DNA from: Hyphomicrobiaceae bacterium
Lineage (GTDB): Bacteria > Pseudomonadota > Alphaproteobacteria > Rhizobiales > Hyphomicrobiaceae
Direction: 5' to 3'
Assembly (NCBI GenBank): GCA_050250755.1
Contig: JBFWOB010000030.1
Span: 14,322-78,321, forward strand
Length of the DNA stretch: 64,000 bases
In this document: one piece after another, positions 28,330 to 36,690 of the stretch
Position numbering within the stretch: the stretch's first letter is position 1
How the letters are laid out: every line of letters begins with the position of its first letter
The notes under the pieces: generated by a model
The model's input: only the letters and a program-made list of their open reading frames with translations
Told to the model about the DNA's origin: nothing
Database searches by the model: none
Translations under genes and position numbers: made by a program

Positions 28330-28347
28330 ACGCGTCAGCCCTCCCAC

Positions 28348-28371
28348 AGGCCCCGACGGGGCCTTTGTTTT
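28348..28371 (+). terminator. Rho-independent terminator
   Basis: AGGCCCC-GAC-GGGGCCT stem followed by TTGTTTT. Confidence 0.6.
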
Positions 28372-28527
28372 GGGTGTCCGGTTCCGTCTCCTCGCCCGTG
28401 CGCGGTTGCACGGCCAAGGCAAAAAAACTTTCAGACAACCCCCTTCCGGCCCTTTTTTTCCGGGCACGGCCCTCCACCTAAACCGGCTCCGGGGGATGTT
28501 TAAGGTTATTTGCAGGAGCCGTTTGAC

Positions 28528-29151
28528 ATGACTGACGAGGCACTCCCCGAGAACCCCAAGGTCGGCCGCATTTCTGCGATCCAGAACATGTACCGCAGGC
28601 CGAACAGTGACCAGCCCATGTTTCGCGGCTTCATCCAGCTCGAGGATGAGGACCGTCCGCGCAACCTCGTTCTCTGGCTGCATCGCTCAAGGACGGGGCG
28701 CGTCGTGCTGGGTGGGCGCAGCTCGAAAACCGCGGCGTCCAAGCTTTCCGAGGCCCTGGACGACGTCTTCGAGAAGGATGGCGACTTTCCGCCCTTGAAG
28801 CAGGTGAACGGCCTCGACGTGGACACCGGTTCCCTTGTCCTCTTTGAGAATCCGGAGAAGCAGGGCCCGAACAGCTCGGATTTCTACGGGTACTACAATC
28901 CGGGCACCCACCACCCGCTGTTGGCCGTGCAGGTCTGGTCCGACAACGATGCCGACGACAGGTTGATGCTCAATGGCCCCCTCAGGGTCTACGTCGAGCG
29001 GCAGCAGGTGCAGGAGCGGGTGCCCGACATCGACGAGGCCACCCGGCAGGAGCTGCAGCAGCGCGTGCATGACGACGGCCGGCCCGACGCCGACAACGAC
29101 CAGGAGGATATGGAACAGGCGCCGCGGCGCAGACGGGGCAGGGGCCGTTAG
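28528..29151 (+). CDS. Hypothetical protein with acidic patch + Arg-rich tail
   Basis: ATG 28528 (MTDEALPEN) lies 9 nt after CAGGAG. Ends in DADNDQEDMEQAPRRRRGRGR. Confidence 0.55.
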   Translation: MTDEALPENPKVGRISAIQNMYRRPNSDQPMFRGFIQLEDEDRPRNLVLWLHRSRTGRVVLGGRSSKTAASKLSEALDDVFEKDGDFPPLKQVNGLDVDTGSLVLFENPEKQGPNSSDFYGYYNPGTHHPLLAVQVWSDNDADDRLMLNGPLRVYVERQQVQERVPDIDEATRQELQQRVHDDGRPDADNDQEDMEQAPRRRRGRGR

Positions 29152-29274
29152 CCGACCTTGGCCCCGCATGGGGGCGAGGGGAGGGCGGCGATCCGCAAAC
29201 GTCGCCCGGCCCGTCCTGCGAAGGCTCGCCGGGACAGAAAACCAAACGGTAATCTCATGGGCGGGGTTCCGTCG

Positions 29275-29703
29275 CTACATCTTCCGGCCACGCCGTCTCG
29301 GGCGGTCATCATCCGGGCGTTGGTCATCGTCCATGGCCTGCCCGGCCACCGGCTCATCGCCTGGAGGGGACGCATCATGGCCCAGAATGTCCGCCACCAT
29401 GTCCGGCGCCTGTGTGGCCGCACGCTTCACCGAATACGTGAGCACCCCGCGCACCGCCGCGTCCCCGGCGCCGGAGAGCTTCCCGTAGAGGTCCCGCCAT
29501 TGCTCCGGCTCCATGGCATCGACCAGCCGGTCGAGCTCCCGCTTCGCCGCCTCCCGGTCGACCCCGGCCTCGTCGGTCATGCCCTGCCAGCGCGCCCACG
29601 CCAGCGCCGCCCGTTCCGCCGGTTTGGCAGCAAGGCGGTCGGCGGCCGTGCGGGCGCCGCGCGCCTTCAGCTTGCCGGGGTTCCACAAGGCCATTGTCCG
29701 CAT
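29275..29703 (-). CDS. Hypothetical protein with acidic patch + Arg-rich tail
   Basis: The only frame here with protein-like composition. Ends in DDDQRPDDDRPRRRGRKM. Start is at 29703 or 29694. Confidence 0.45.
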   Translation of the reverse strand: MRTMALWNPGKLKARGARTAADRLAAKPAERAALAWARWQGMTDEAGVDREAAKRELDRLVDAMEPEQWRDLYGKLSGAGDAAVRGVLTYSVKRAATQAPDMVADILGHDASPPGDEPVAGQAMDDDQRPDDDRPRRRGRKM

Positions 29704-29938
29704 CCTTCAAAGACAGGCAAGGGGGACGCCGCCCCGCATCCCGGGGCCCGCGTCCTCGCACGCCAAGCCGGCGGGCCGTCTTGGCCCTTCGGGCGTCGGC
29801 CGCTGGCGCGGTCAGGCCCATGCCCAGAGCTAACGTGCTCGCATGCGCCATGACAATGGCTATTGCCTGAAGGGCACAGGAAACGGCGGTGTCCTTCGCC
29901 GGGGCAACGATCTTCACACGGAACCAACGGACCACACC

Positions 29939-30223
29939 ATGCGAACCCTGGTCAGGCTGGGCACCCGGTATTACTGGCGAGACGACGAGGACCGCTGTTT
30001 CATCCCCCTCCACAATCCCGCCGCGCGCATACCGTTCTCGCTGGCGGAAAGCGCCCATGTCCGCTTCGAGCAGGTGCCCTGCGCGACCGACCTGCCGCTC
30101 ACCCTCGGCCATCGCGCGTACACCTGCGACGACTGCCGCGAGAGCTTTGCCGCCGCCTGCCATTGCAACAACACGCCGCAACCCGCCCCCCGCCCCCGGC
30201 GGCGCAAATCCATGAGGCGCTGA
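29939..30223 (+). CDS. Hypothetical small Cys-containing protein with Arg-rich tail
   Basis: 94 aa from ATG 29939 (MRTLVRLG). Contains CDDCRESFAAACHC. Ends in PRPRRRKSMRR. Confidence 0.4.
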   Translation: MRTLVRLGTRYYWRDDEDRCFIPLHNPAARIPFSLAESAHVRFEQVPCATDLPLTLGHRAYTCDDCRESFAAACHCNNTPQPAPRPRRRKSMRR

Positions 30224-30224
30224 C

Positions 30225-30851
30225 GTGCACCCGTTTCTGCGCAGCTATGCCCACACCGCCTGGACCCCGGCCGACCCCCTCCAGGGCCTTGCCGCGCACG
30301 AGCGCCGCGCCATCCTGCTGATGCCCTCCACCTTCGGCGAACGCCTGCGCATGGCGCCCTGGCGCTCCTACGCCAAGAAGCGCGAGACCATGCTCCGCAT
30401 CGTCGCCGAACGCCGCCTGCTCTACGACCTCATGCAGGAGCGCATGCAGCAGGCAAAGCCATCGCCCGCCGCCGATGAGATGCTGACGCCCGGCGACCGC
30501 GTCCTTGCCGAATGGCAGGCAAGGGCCATGCAGGTTTCTCCGTCCGCCGCCATGGATGCCGTTGCTGCCTACCGCATGGCCCTGCAGCGCGACGCGATCG
30601 CCGCGCTCATGGACCAGCGCCGCCAGGAAACCCTCACCGATCTCGCCCGCAATCCCGCCGCCCGCGCCGAGCGGGGCATCCGCGACAAGCGCCTCCAGGC
30701 CCTGCAGCAGATCGAGCTGCAACGCGCCCGCCTGCATGTGAAGGCACTGGAAATCAACGCCGGGCTCCACGATGAACCGGAACGGGAACCGCCCGCCGTC
30801 CCGGCCCACGACGACGATGACCGGCCCCGCCGCCGCTCCCGCTCCATGTGA
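30225..30851 (+). CDS. Hypothetical protein with acidic patch + Arg-rich tail
   Basis: GTG start 1 nt after the previous stop. Ends in HDDDDRPRRRSRSM. Confidence 0.5.
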   Translation: MHPFLRSYAHTAWTPADPLQGLAAHERRAILLMPSTFGERLRMAPWRSYAKKRETMLRIVAERRLLYDLMQERMQQAKPSPAADEMLTPGDRVLAEWQARAMQVSPSAAMDAVAAYRMALQRDAIAALMDQRRQETLTDLARNPAARAERGIRDKRLQALQQIELQRARLHVKALEINAGLHDEPEREPPAVPAHDDDDRPRRRSRSM

Positions 30852-31192
30852 GGTGCCCCGCCATGCGCAGCTACCCCGAGTTCCCGTTGCTGGTGATCGG
30901 TGACCGCGCCTACCGCATCGACATCCGCCGCAACATGCTCGTCAATACCCGCAACACATATGACCGCGTGTTCTTCCGCGATGTGGAAGCCCACTTCATC
31001 CAGATTGCGCGCTATTCGCCGCCGAACATTCGCATGCAATGCCTCGAGGCCGCCGTTGCCTTCGACAAGGCCCTGCAACGGCCCCGTGGCTCGACCTCGC
31101 AGGAGCTGCTGGCCTTCATCAACCACCCGCAAAACGTCTGGGTTCCCGAGCCGGAGCCAGGGCACCGTTTCCGGCGGCGCCAGCGCATGTGA
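30848..31192 (+). CDS. Hypothetical protein with Arg-rich tail
   Basis: GTG 30848 overlaps the previous stop; an alternative ATG is at 30863. Ends in PGHRFRRRQRM. Confidence 0.5.
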   Translation: MRCPAMRSYPEFPLLVIGDRAYRIDIRRNMLVNTRNTYDRVFFRDVEAHFIQIARYSPPNIRMQCLEAAVAFDKALQRPRGSTSQELLAFINHPQNVWVPEPEPGHRFRRRQRM

Positions 31193-31256
31193 GCGGCGGG
31201 TGGTTGACAATGAGGCGTATGCGGATTAAAGATTTGACCGACCGAAATTGCTGATA

Positions 31257-31282
31257 GGGGCGCCGCGCATGCGCCCCTTTTT
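31257..31282 (+). terminator. Rho-independent terminator
   Basis: GGGGCGC-(7 nt)-GCGCCCC stem followed by TTTTT. Confidence 0.6.
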
Positions 31283-31342
31283 GCGTTCCGGCGCCCCGTT
31301 CCACCTTTTCGGGATTGGCCGCAAAGGGAAGGGGAGGGGGAA

Positions 31343-31588
31343 GTGCAACAAGGACCAATCACCATCGCCAACGATCCCGTCCTCTTCGCCTACAGCCCCC
31401 TCAAGGGCCGCAACGGCAAAACCCGCTGGAAATGCCTTGGCGCCGCGTGGCCCCACGCCACCGGGGCAGGTCTCACCGTGCAGCTGGATCTCGTGCCCAT
31501 CCATTGGGACGGCCGCATCATCCTGCTTGAACCAGATGAGCACGATGACGCCGAAATGCTGAAGCGGGGGAGGCCCAAGCGGCCCTGA
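31343..31588 (+). CDS. Hypothetical small protein
   Basis: 81 aa. GTG 31343 immediately follows a strong GGGGAGGGGG RBS. Ends in KRGRPKRP. Confidence 0.5.
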   Translation: MQQGPITIANDPVLFAYSPLKGRNGKTRWKCLGAAWPHATGAGLTVQLDLVPIHWDGRIILLEPDEHDDAEMLKRGRPKRP

Positions 31589-31619
31589 GCCGTTGCAGCA
31601 TATGTGGCATTACTCGAAC

Positions 31620-32997
31620 GCTCCGCAGAGAAATGTATGGACCGGCTGCTGGACGCAATCGAGATCGCGCGTGGGGATCGGAAGTCGCTGATATGTATCC
31701 GGCCTGTTTGATCGGCTCGCGGGCCGTGGCCTTGATGGGAATACGCGCGCACCACTGGTCTCATTAGCGGATAGGCCGTCAAGCGGCCATTTCTCTGCCC
31801 AGACTTTGGATGCGCATTTTCGTCCGTTCCATGCATTGATCTCTGTCGCGAACCTCTTCGATGTCGTCAGGCTAGACCGCAATCGTCTCGTCGAACCTCC
31901 TATCGTGCCGCAAGATGCTCCAGGCGATGCGCGCCAGTTTGTTGGCGAGCGCGGTCGCAAGCTTGTTGCGATGAAGCCGAGGCGCTACTTGCTGCAGCCA
32001 CGCACCAAAGCTAAACCGCGCCCAGTTGTGCGGGCGCATCAGGATGATGTTCGCCGCCTGGATGAAAAGTGTTCGCAGATACTTGCTGCCGCGCTTGGAG
32101 ATACGCCCCAGGATCGGCCGACCGCCCGTGCTGTACTGGCGTGGGATTAGGCCCAGCCAGGCGCCGAAGTCGCGCCCGCGACCAAAGGCTTCGCCAGTGC
32201 CGATGGCGGCGACCATGGCAGTGGAGATCAGAGGGCCGACGCCGGGGATGCTCATCAGGCGCTGGCAGTTCGCCTCTTTCTTACTGAGCGCCTCGATCTC
32301 CCGCGTTACCGTCTCGATGCGTTCGTCGAGCCAGAGCCAGTCCTCGTAGAGACCGACGATGAGATCAGCCATCCGCGGCGAAATCTCCTTCTCGCGGTTC
32401 TTCAGAATCTCGAACAAGGAGTTGCGCAGTGCTCTCGATCCAGTGCGGACAGCGATACCCTGCTCGATCAAGAAGGCGCGGATCTGGTTGATTGTGGCGG
32501 TGCGGCGGGAAACCAATCGGGATCTAACGCGATGGCAGGCCTGCAGGTCGAGCTGATCCTGCGTCTTCTCTTGCACAACGCGGAGGTTCGGCCGAAGTGC
32601 CGCTTCAGCGATGGCCTCGGCATCGTTGTAGTCGTTCTTTTGTCCCTTTAGGAACGGCTTCACATGGATCGCCGGAATGATCCGCGGCTGGTGGCCGAGC
32701 TGGCGAAGAACGCGGCTGACAAAGTGCGCGCTGAGGCACGCTTCCATGCCCACGATGCAAGGCGGCAGCGCTTTGAATGTATCGGCGAGTGCCAATCGCT
32801 TGATCTTGCGGCGCAACGCGATCTTGCCTGAGGTGTCGAAAGCGACGAGGTGAAAAACGTCCTTGCCGATGTCGATACCAATCGAGGCGAAAGCTGGCGC
32901 AATGGTATCCATGAGCTGCTTCTCCTGTTCGTCGCGGGTCAAGGTCTTTGCAGACTAACCCGCTGGGGAAGCAGCCGGTCCATTCCATTAGCCGACT
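31620..32997 (-). mobile_element. IS110-family insertion sequence (IS1111-like layout)
   Basis: Perfect 14-bp subterminal inverted repeat: ATGGACCGGCTGCT at 31637-31650 and AGCAGCCGGTCCAT at 32970-32983. TCGAAC occurs at both outer junctions (31614-31619 and 32998-33003). Single transposase gene. Ends are approximate. Confidence 0.6.
31872..32912 (-). CDS. IS110-family transposase/recombinase
   Basis: ATG 32912 (MDTIAPAFASIGIDIGKD) with a GGAGAA RBS. N-terminal DEDD-type region (IGIDIGKD...GMEACLSAH...YNDAEAIAEA). Confidence 0.9.
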   Translation of the reverse strand: MDTIAPAFASIGIDIGKDVFHLVAFDTSGKIALRRKIKRLALADTFKALPPCIVGMEACLSAHFVSRVLRQLGHQPRIIPAIHVKPFLKGQKNDYNDAEAIAEAALRPNLRVVQEKTQDQLDLQACHRVRSRLVSRRTATINQIRAFLIEQGIAVRTGSRALRNSLFEILKNREKEISPRMADLIVGLYEDWLWLDERIETVTREIEALSKKEANCQRLMSIPGVGPLISTAMVAAIGTGEAFGRGRDFGAWLGLIPRQYSTGGRPILGRISKRGSKYLRTLFIQAANIILMRPHNWARFSFGAWLQQVAPRLHRNKLATALANKLARIAWSILRHDRRFDETIAV

Positions 32998-33056
32998 TCG
33001 AACACGAGCGTGCTCAGCCTAAAGATCAGCAATAAAGAGCGGTCAGGTTACCTCGA

Positions 33057-33422
33057 TCAGCGGACATAAGCAGATGGAATTTCGAGATCGACCAAGTAAG
33101 CTGTTCCGTCGGATGCGCGATGGACTGAAATCCCTTGTAAGCTCGCGACGAGGCGGGCTAACAGCGGCGGAATTCTGCGCTGCCGGTTAGGAGAGTAGAG
33201 CCATCGCAACAATCTGAGCGCATTCGCTATGACCAAGACCGTGGCGCCGGCGAGGATGGCCATCCAGAGCGTCGTCATTGCGAGCGGCGTCGCGGCGAGA
33301 AAGCCGCCTTTCGCACAAGCGTTATCAAAATGTTCTGCCAGATGTTTCAGAGTATCGCCTGCGAGATCCTGCGAATTAACTGCCAGCGCAGGAACCGGAT
33401 CAATGAGTCGTTCGTATGTCAT
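33057..33422 (-). CDS. Hypothetical membrane protein
   Basis: 121 aa from ATG 33422 (MTYERLIDP). One or two hydrophobic helices. The ATG overlaps the stop of the 40-aa ORF (ATGA). Confidence 0.45.
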   Translation of the reverse strand: MTYERLIDPVPALAVNSQDLAGDTLKHLAEHFDNACAKGGFLAATPLAMTTLWMAILAGATVLVIANALRLLRWLYSPNRQRRIPPLLARLVASLQGISVHRASDGTAYLVDLEIPSAYVR

Positions 33423-33541
33423 CTGAAGAACACATATTTCGCCAGCGCAGCGATAATGAGGGCGAGGACGATAACCGCCAGCAGACCGCCGAGCCCCATG
33501 CCCCACACCATGCCCGTTCCGTCCATCATGCGATCCATCAT
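33419..33541 (-). CDS. 40-aa Met/Gly-rich small membrane protein (below the ORF-track cutoff)
   Basis: Manual translation gives MMDRMMDGTGMVWGMGLGGLLAVIVLALIIAALAKYVFFR. ATGA overlaps the cusA stop at its start and the next gene's ATG at its stop. Confidence 0.45.
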   Translation of the reverse strand: MMDRMMDGTGMVWGMGLGGLLAVIVLALIIAALAKYVFFR

Positions 33542-36500
33542 GACGTAAGCCCCTCCTTCTGACGGACGGCGGCAGTGGCTCGGGTGAGCCGTGCCCCTTT
33601 GATCAACGCGTAGATGGCTGGAATGACGATCAATGTCAAAACGGTGGAGGACGCCATTCCACCGATCATCGGAACCGCGATGCGCTGCATCACTTCAGAG
33701 CCGGTGCCGTGACTCCATAGGATCGGCACAAGACCCGCAATGATGGCGATCACCGTCATCATCTTAGGGCGCACGCGCTCGACTGCACCCTCCATTATGG
33801 CGACGGTAAGATCAGAGCGCGTAACAGCGCGGCCTTCCGCGAGTGCCTTTCGCTTCTGATCCTCCCAGGCGTGGTCGAGATAGATCAGCATGATGACGCC
33901 GGTTTCGGCAGCAACGCCGGCCAATGCGATGAAGCCGACGGCGACTGCAACGGACAAGTTGAAGCCCATCCACCACATCAGCCACAGGCCGCCCACCAGC
34001 GCGAACGGCAGCGACAGCATGACAATCAGCGCTTCCGTCATGCTTCGAAAATTGAGGTAGAGCAGCAATAGGATGATTAGCAGTGTCAGCGGTACTACAA
34101 TGGCGAGACGCTTCTTTGCCCGCTCGTAGTACTCGTACTGTCCGCTCCACACGGCAATGTATCCGGGTGGGAATATTACCGCGGCAGCGACCGCATGCTT
34201 GGCGTCGGCAACATAGCTGCCGAGATCACGCTCGCGGGCGTCGACGAAGATATAGGCAGCAAGTTGAGCGTTCTCGGTGCGGATTGAGGCCGGGCCCCGC
34301 ACGAGACTGATCTTGGCCACTTGTCCGAGTGGAATAGAAGCGCCGTTGGGGAGCGGCACCAGTGCTTCTTGCGCCATTGCTCGGGGGTCCGAGCGCGTAT
34401 CGCGGGGATAGCGGACGGTGACGCCATAGCGCTCGCGGCCTTCGACGGTTGTCGTGACCGTTTCAGCGCCGATGGCCGATGACACCACCTGCAGTACATC
34501 CGCGACTTTTAGCCCGTATCGGGCAAGCTCGAGCCGGTTCGGCTCGATATCAAGGTAGTAGCCACCGATGATGCGCTCAGCAAACGCACTCGACGTCCCT
34601 GGCACTGTCTTGATGGCGGCCTCGATCTGGCGCGCGAGCGTTTCGATGACCTTGATGTCCGACCCGATGACCTTGACCCCGACGGGAGTGCGGATGCCGG
34701 TTGCCAACATGTCGATGCGTGCCTTGATCGGCATCGTCCAAGCGTTCGAAACACCGGGAAACTGAAGCGCCTTGTCCATCTCCTGAATTAGCTTGTCGAT
34801 GGTCATGCCCGGACGCCAATCCTCCTCAGGCTTCAAGTTGATCACGGTCTCGAACATCTCTGTTGGCGCTGGATCGGTAGCGGTCGCGGCGCGGCCCGCC
34901 TTGCCGAACACGCTTTCGACTTCGGGGAAGGTCTTGATGATGCGATTCTGGATCTGCAGCAGGTGAGCTGACTTGGTGATGGAAAGCCCGGGCAGCGTTG
35001 TTGGCATGTACATGATCGTGCCCTCGTTGAGATTGGGCATAAACTCGGAGCCGAGCTTGGTGGCAGGCCAAATGCTTCCTGCGAGGATGAACAGGGCAAT
35101 GCCGATCGTGAGTACTTTTGCCTTTAGCACGCCACGGATGATCGGCCGGTAGAGCCAAATCAGGGCACGGTTGATGGGGTTCTTGCGCTCTGGAACGATG
35201 CGCCCACGCACGAACACCGCCATCAGCGCTGGCACTAGCGTAATGGAGAGCAACGCAGCGGCAGCCATGGCGAAGGTCTTCGTCCAAGCGAGCGGCTTGA
35301 AGAGAAGGCCCTCCTGCGCTTCCAACGCAAAGATCGGTAAGAACGAGACAGTGATGATGAGGAGAGAGAAGAACAGCGACGGGCCAACCTCGCTCGCCGC
35401 CTCAATCAGCGCCTCCATCCTCGGCTTATTGGGCGGCGCGCGCTCCAGATGCTTGTGAGCGTTTTCTATCATCACGATGGCCGCATCGATCATGGCGCCA
35501 ATGGCGATCGCGATGCCGCCGAGACTCATAATGTTGGATGAAATGCCCAAGCCCCACATGCAGATGTAAGCGATTAGGATGCCGCACGGCAGTGTAATGA
35601 TAGCGACCAGGGCGCTACGGGCATGGAGAAGGAATACGAAACAAACCAGAGCCACGATCAGACTTTCTTCGATCAGCGTCGTCTTAAGCGTGGCAATGGC
35701 GCGGTGGATCAGCTCCGAGCGGTCGTAGACTGGCACGATCGACGTGCCCTTAGGGAGGCTGTCCTTAATCTCGGCCAACCGCTTTTTAATGCTGTCGATT
35801 ACGGATAGGGCGTTCTGTCCGTAGCGCTGAATGGCGATACCGGATACGACCTCACCCTCGCCATTTAACTCGGTGACGCCGCGCCGCTCGTCAGGCGCCA
35901 ACTCGACCCGCGCCACGTCTTTGATAAGCACCGGCGTGCCGCTTTGCGCCCTGAGGACAATATTCTCGATATTGGCAATGCTTTTAAGATAGCCGCGCCC
36001 CCGCACCATGAACTCGGTCTCGGCCAATTCCACCACCCGGCCGCCGACGTCCATGTTGGACTCGCGGATAGCGCTGCGCACCTCCGACAAGGGAATATTG
36101 AATGCGCGCAGCCGGCGCGGATCGACAACAACAGAATACTGCCGCACAAAGCCGCCGACGCTTGCGACCTCAGCCACACCCTCCGCCTTTGCGACGGCGA
36201 AGCGCACCTGCCAATCCTGCGTCGTGCGCAGCTCAGCGAGGTTCCTCTTTTCGGCCATCACGGCGTATTGGTAGACCCAGCCTACACCGGTCGCGTCGGG
36301 CCCGAGCGTCGGTACGACGCCTTGCGGCAGCGTTCGCGCTACGCCGGACAGATATTCGAGCACGCGGGAGCGCGCCCAGTAAATGTCGGTGCCTTCCTCG
36401 AAAATGACGTAGACGAACGAGACGCCAAAGAACGAGAAACCTCGCACCACCTTCGAGCGCGGCACCGACAGCATCGCCGTCGAAAGCGGATAGGTGATCT

Positions 36501-36690
36501 GGTCCTCGATTACCTGCGGTGCCTGTCCAGTGTATTCCGTGTAGATGATGACCTGCGTGTCTGAAAGGTCCGGAATGGCGTCGAGGGGAACGTTGGTGAC
36601 GGCATAAACCCCGGCGCCGGTCGCAAAGACTGCCGCGATCATGATCAGCACCAGATTGGTGGCCGACCAACGTATGATACGCGCGATCAC
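33538..36690 (-). CDS. cusA: CusA/CzcA-family heavy-metal efflux RND pump
   Basis: 1050 aa. 12-TM RND layout with two large periplasmic loops. HME-RND-like segment GGIAIAIGAMIDAAIVMIENAHKHLE. Confidence 0.9.
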   Translation of the reverse strand: MIARIIRWSATNLVLIMIAAVFATGAGVYAVTNVPLDAIPDLSDTQVIIYTEYTGQAPQVIEDQITYPLSTAMLSVPRSKVVRGFSFFGVSFVYVIFEEGTDIYWARSRVLEYLSGVARTLPQGVVPTLGPDATGVGWVYQYAVMAEKRNLAELRTTQDWQVRFAVAKAEGVAEVASVGGFVRQYSVVVDPRRLRAFNIPLSEVRSAIRESNMDVGGRVVELAETEFMVRGRGYLKSIANIENIVLRAQSGTPVLIKDVARVELAPDERRGVTELNGEGEVVSGIAIQRYGQNALSVIDSIKKRLAEIKDSLPKGTSIVPVYDRSELIHRAIATLKTTLIEESLIVALVCFVFLLHARSALVAIITLPCGILIAYICMWGLGISSNIMSLGGIAIAIGAMIDAAIVMIENAHKHLERAPPNKPRMEALIEAASEVGPSLFFSLLIITVSFLPIFALEAQEGLLFKPLAWTKTFAMAAAALLSITLVPALMAVFVRGRIVPERKNPINRALIWLYRPIIRGVLKAKVLTIGIALFILAGSIWPATKLGSEFMPNLNEGTIMYMPTTLPGLSITKSAHLLQIQNRIIKTFPEVESVFGKAGRAATATDPAPTEMFETVINLKPEEDWRPGMTIDKLIQEMDKALQFPGVSNAWTMPIKARIDMLATGIRTPVGVKVIGSDIKVIETLARQIEAAIKTVPGTSSAFAERIIGGYYLDIEPNRLELARYGLKVADVLQVVSSAIGAETVTTTVEGRERYGVTVRYPRDTRSDPRAMAQEALVPLPNGASIPLGQVAKISLVRGPASIRTENAQLAAYIFVDARERDLGSYVADAKHAVAAAVIFPPGYIAVWSGQYEYYERAKKRLAIVVPLTLLIILLLLYLNFRSMTEALIVMLSLPFALVGGLWLMWWMGFNLSVAVAVGFIALAGVAAETGVIMLIYLDHAWEDQKRKALAEGRAVTRSDLTVAIMEGAVERVRPKMMTVIAIIAGLVPILWSHGTGSEVMQRIAVPMIGGMASSTVLTLIVIPAIYALIKGARLTRATAAVRQKEGLTS

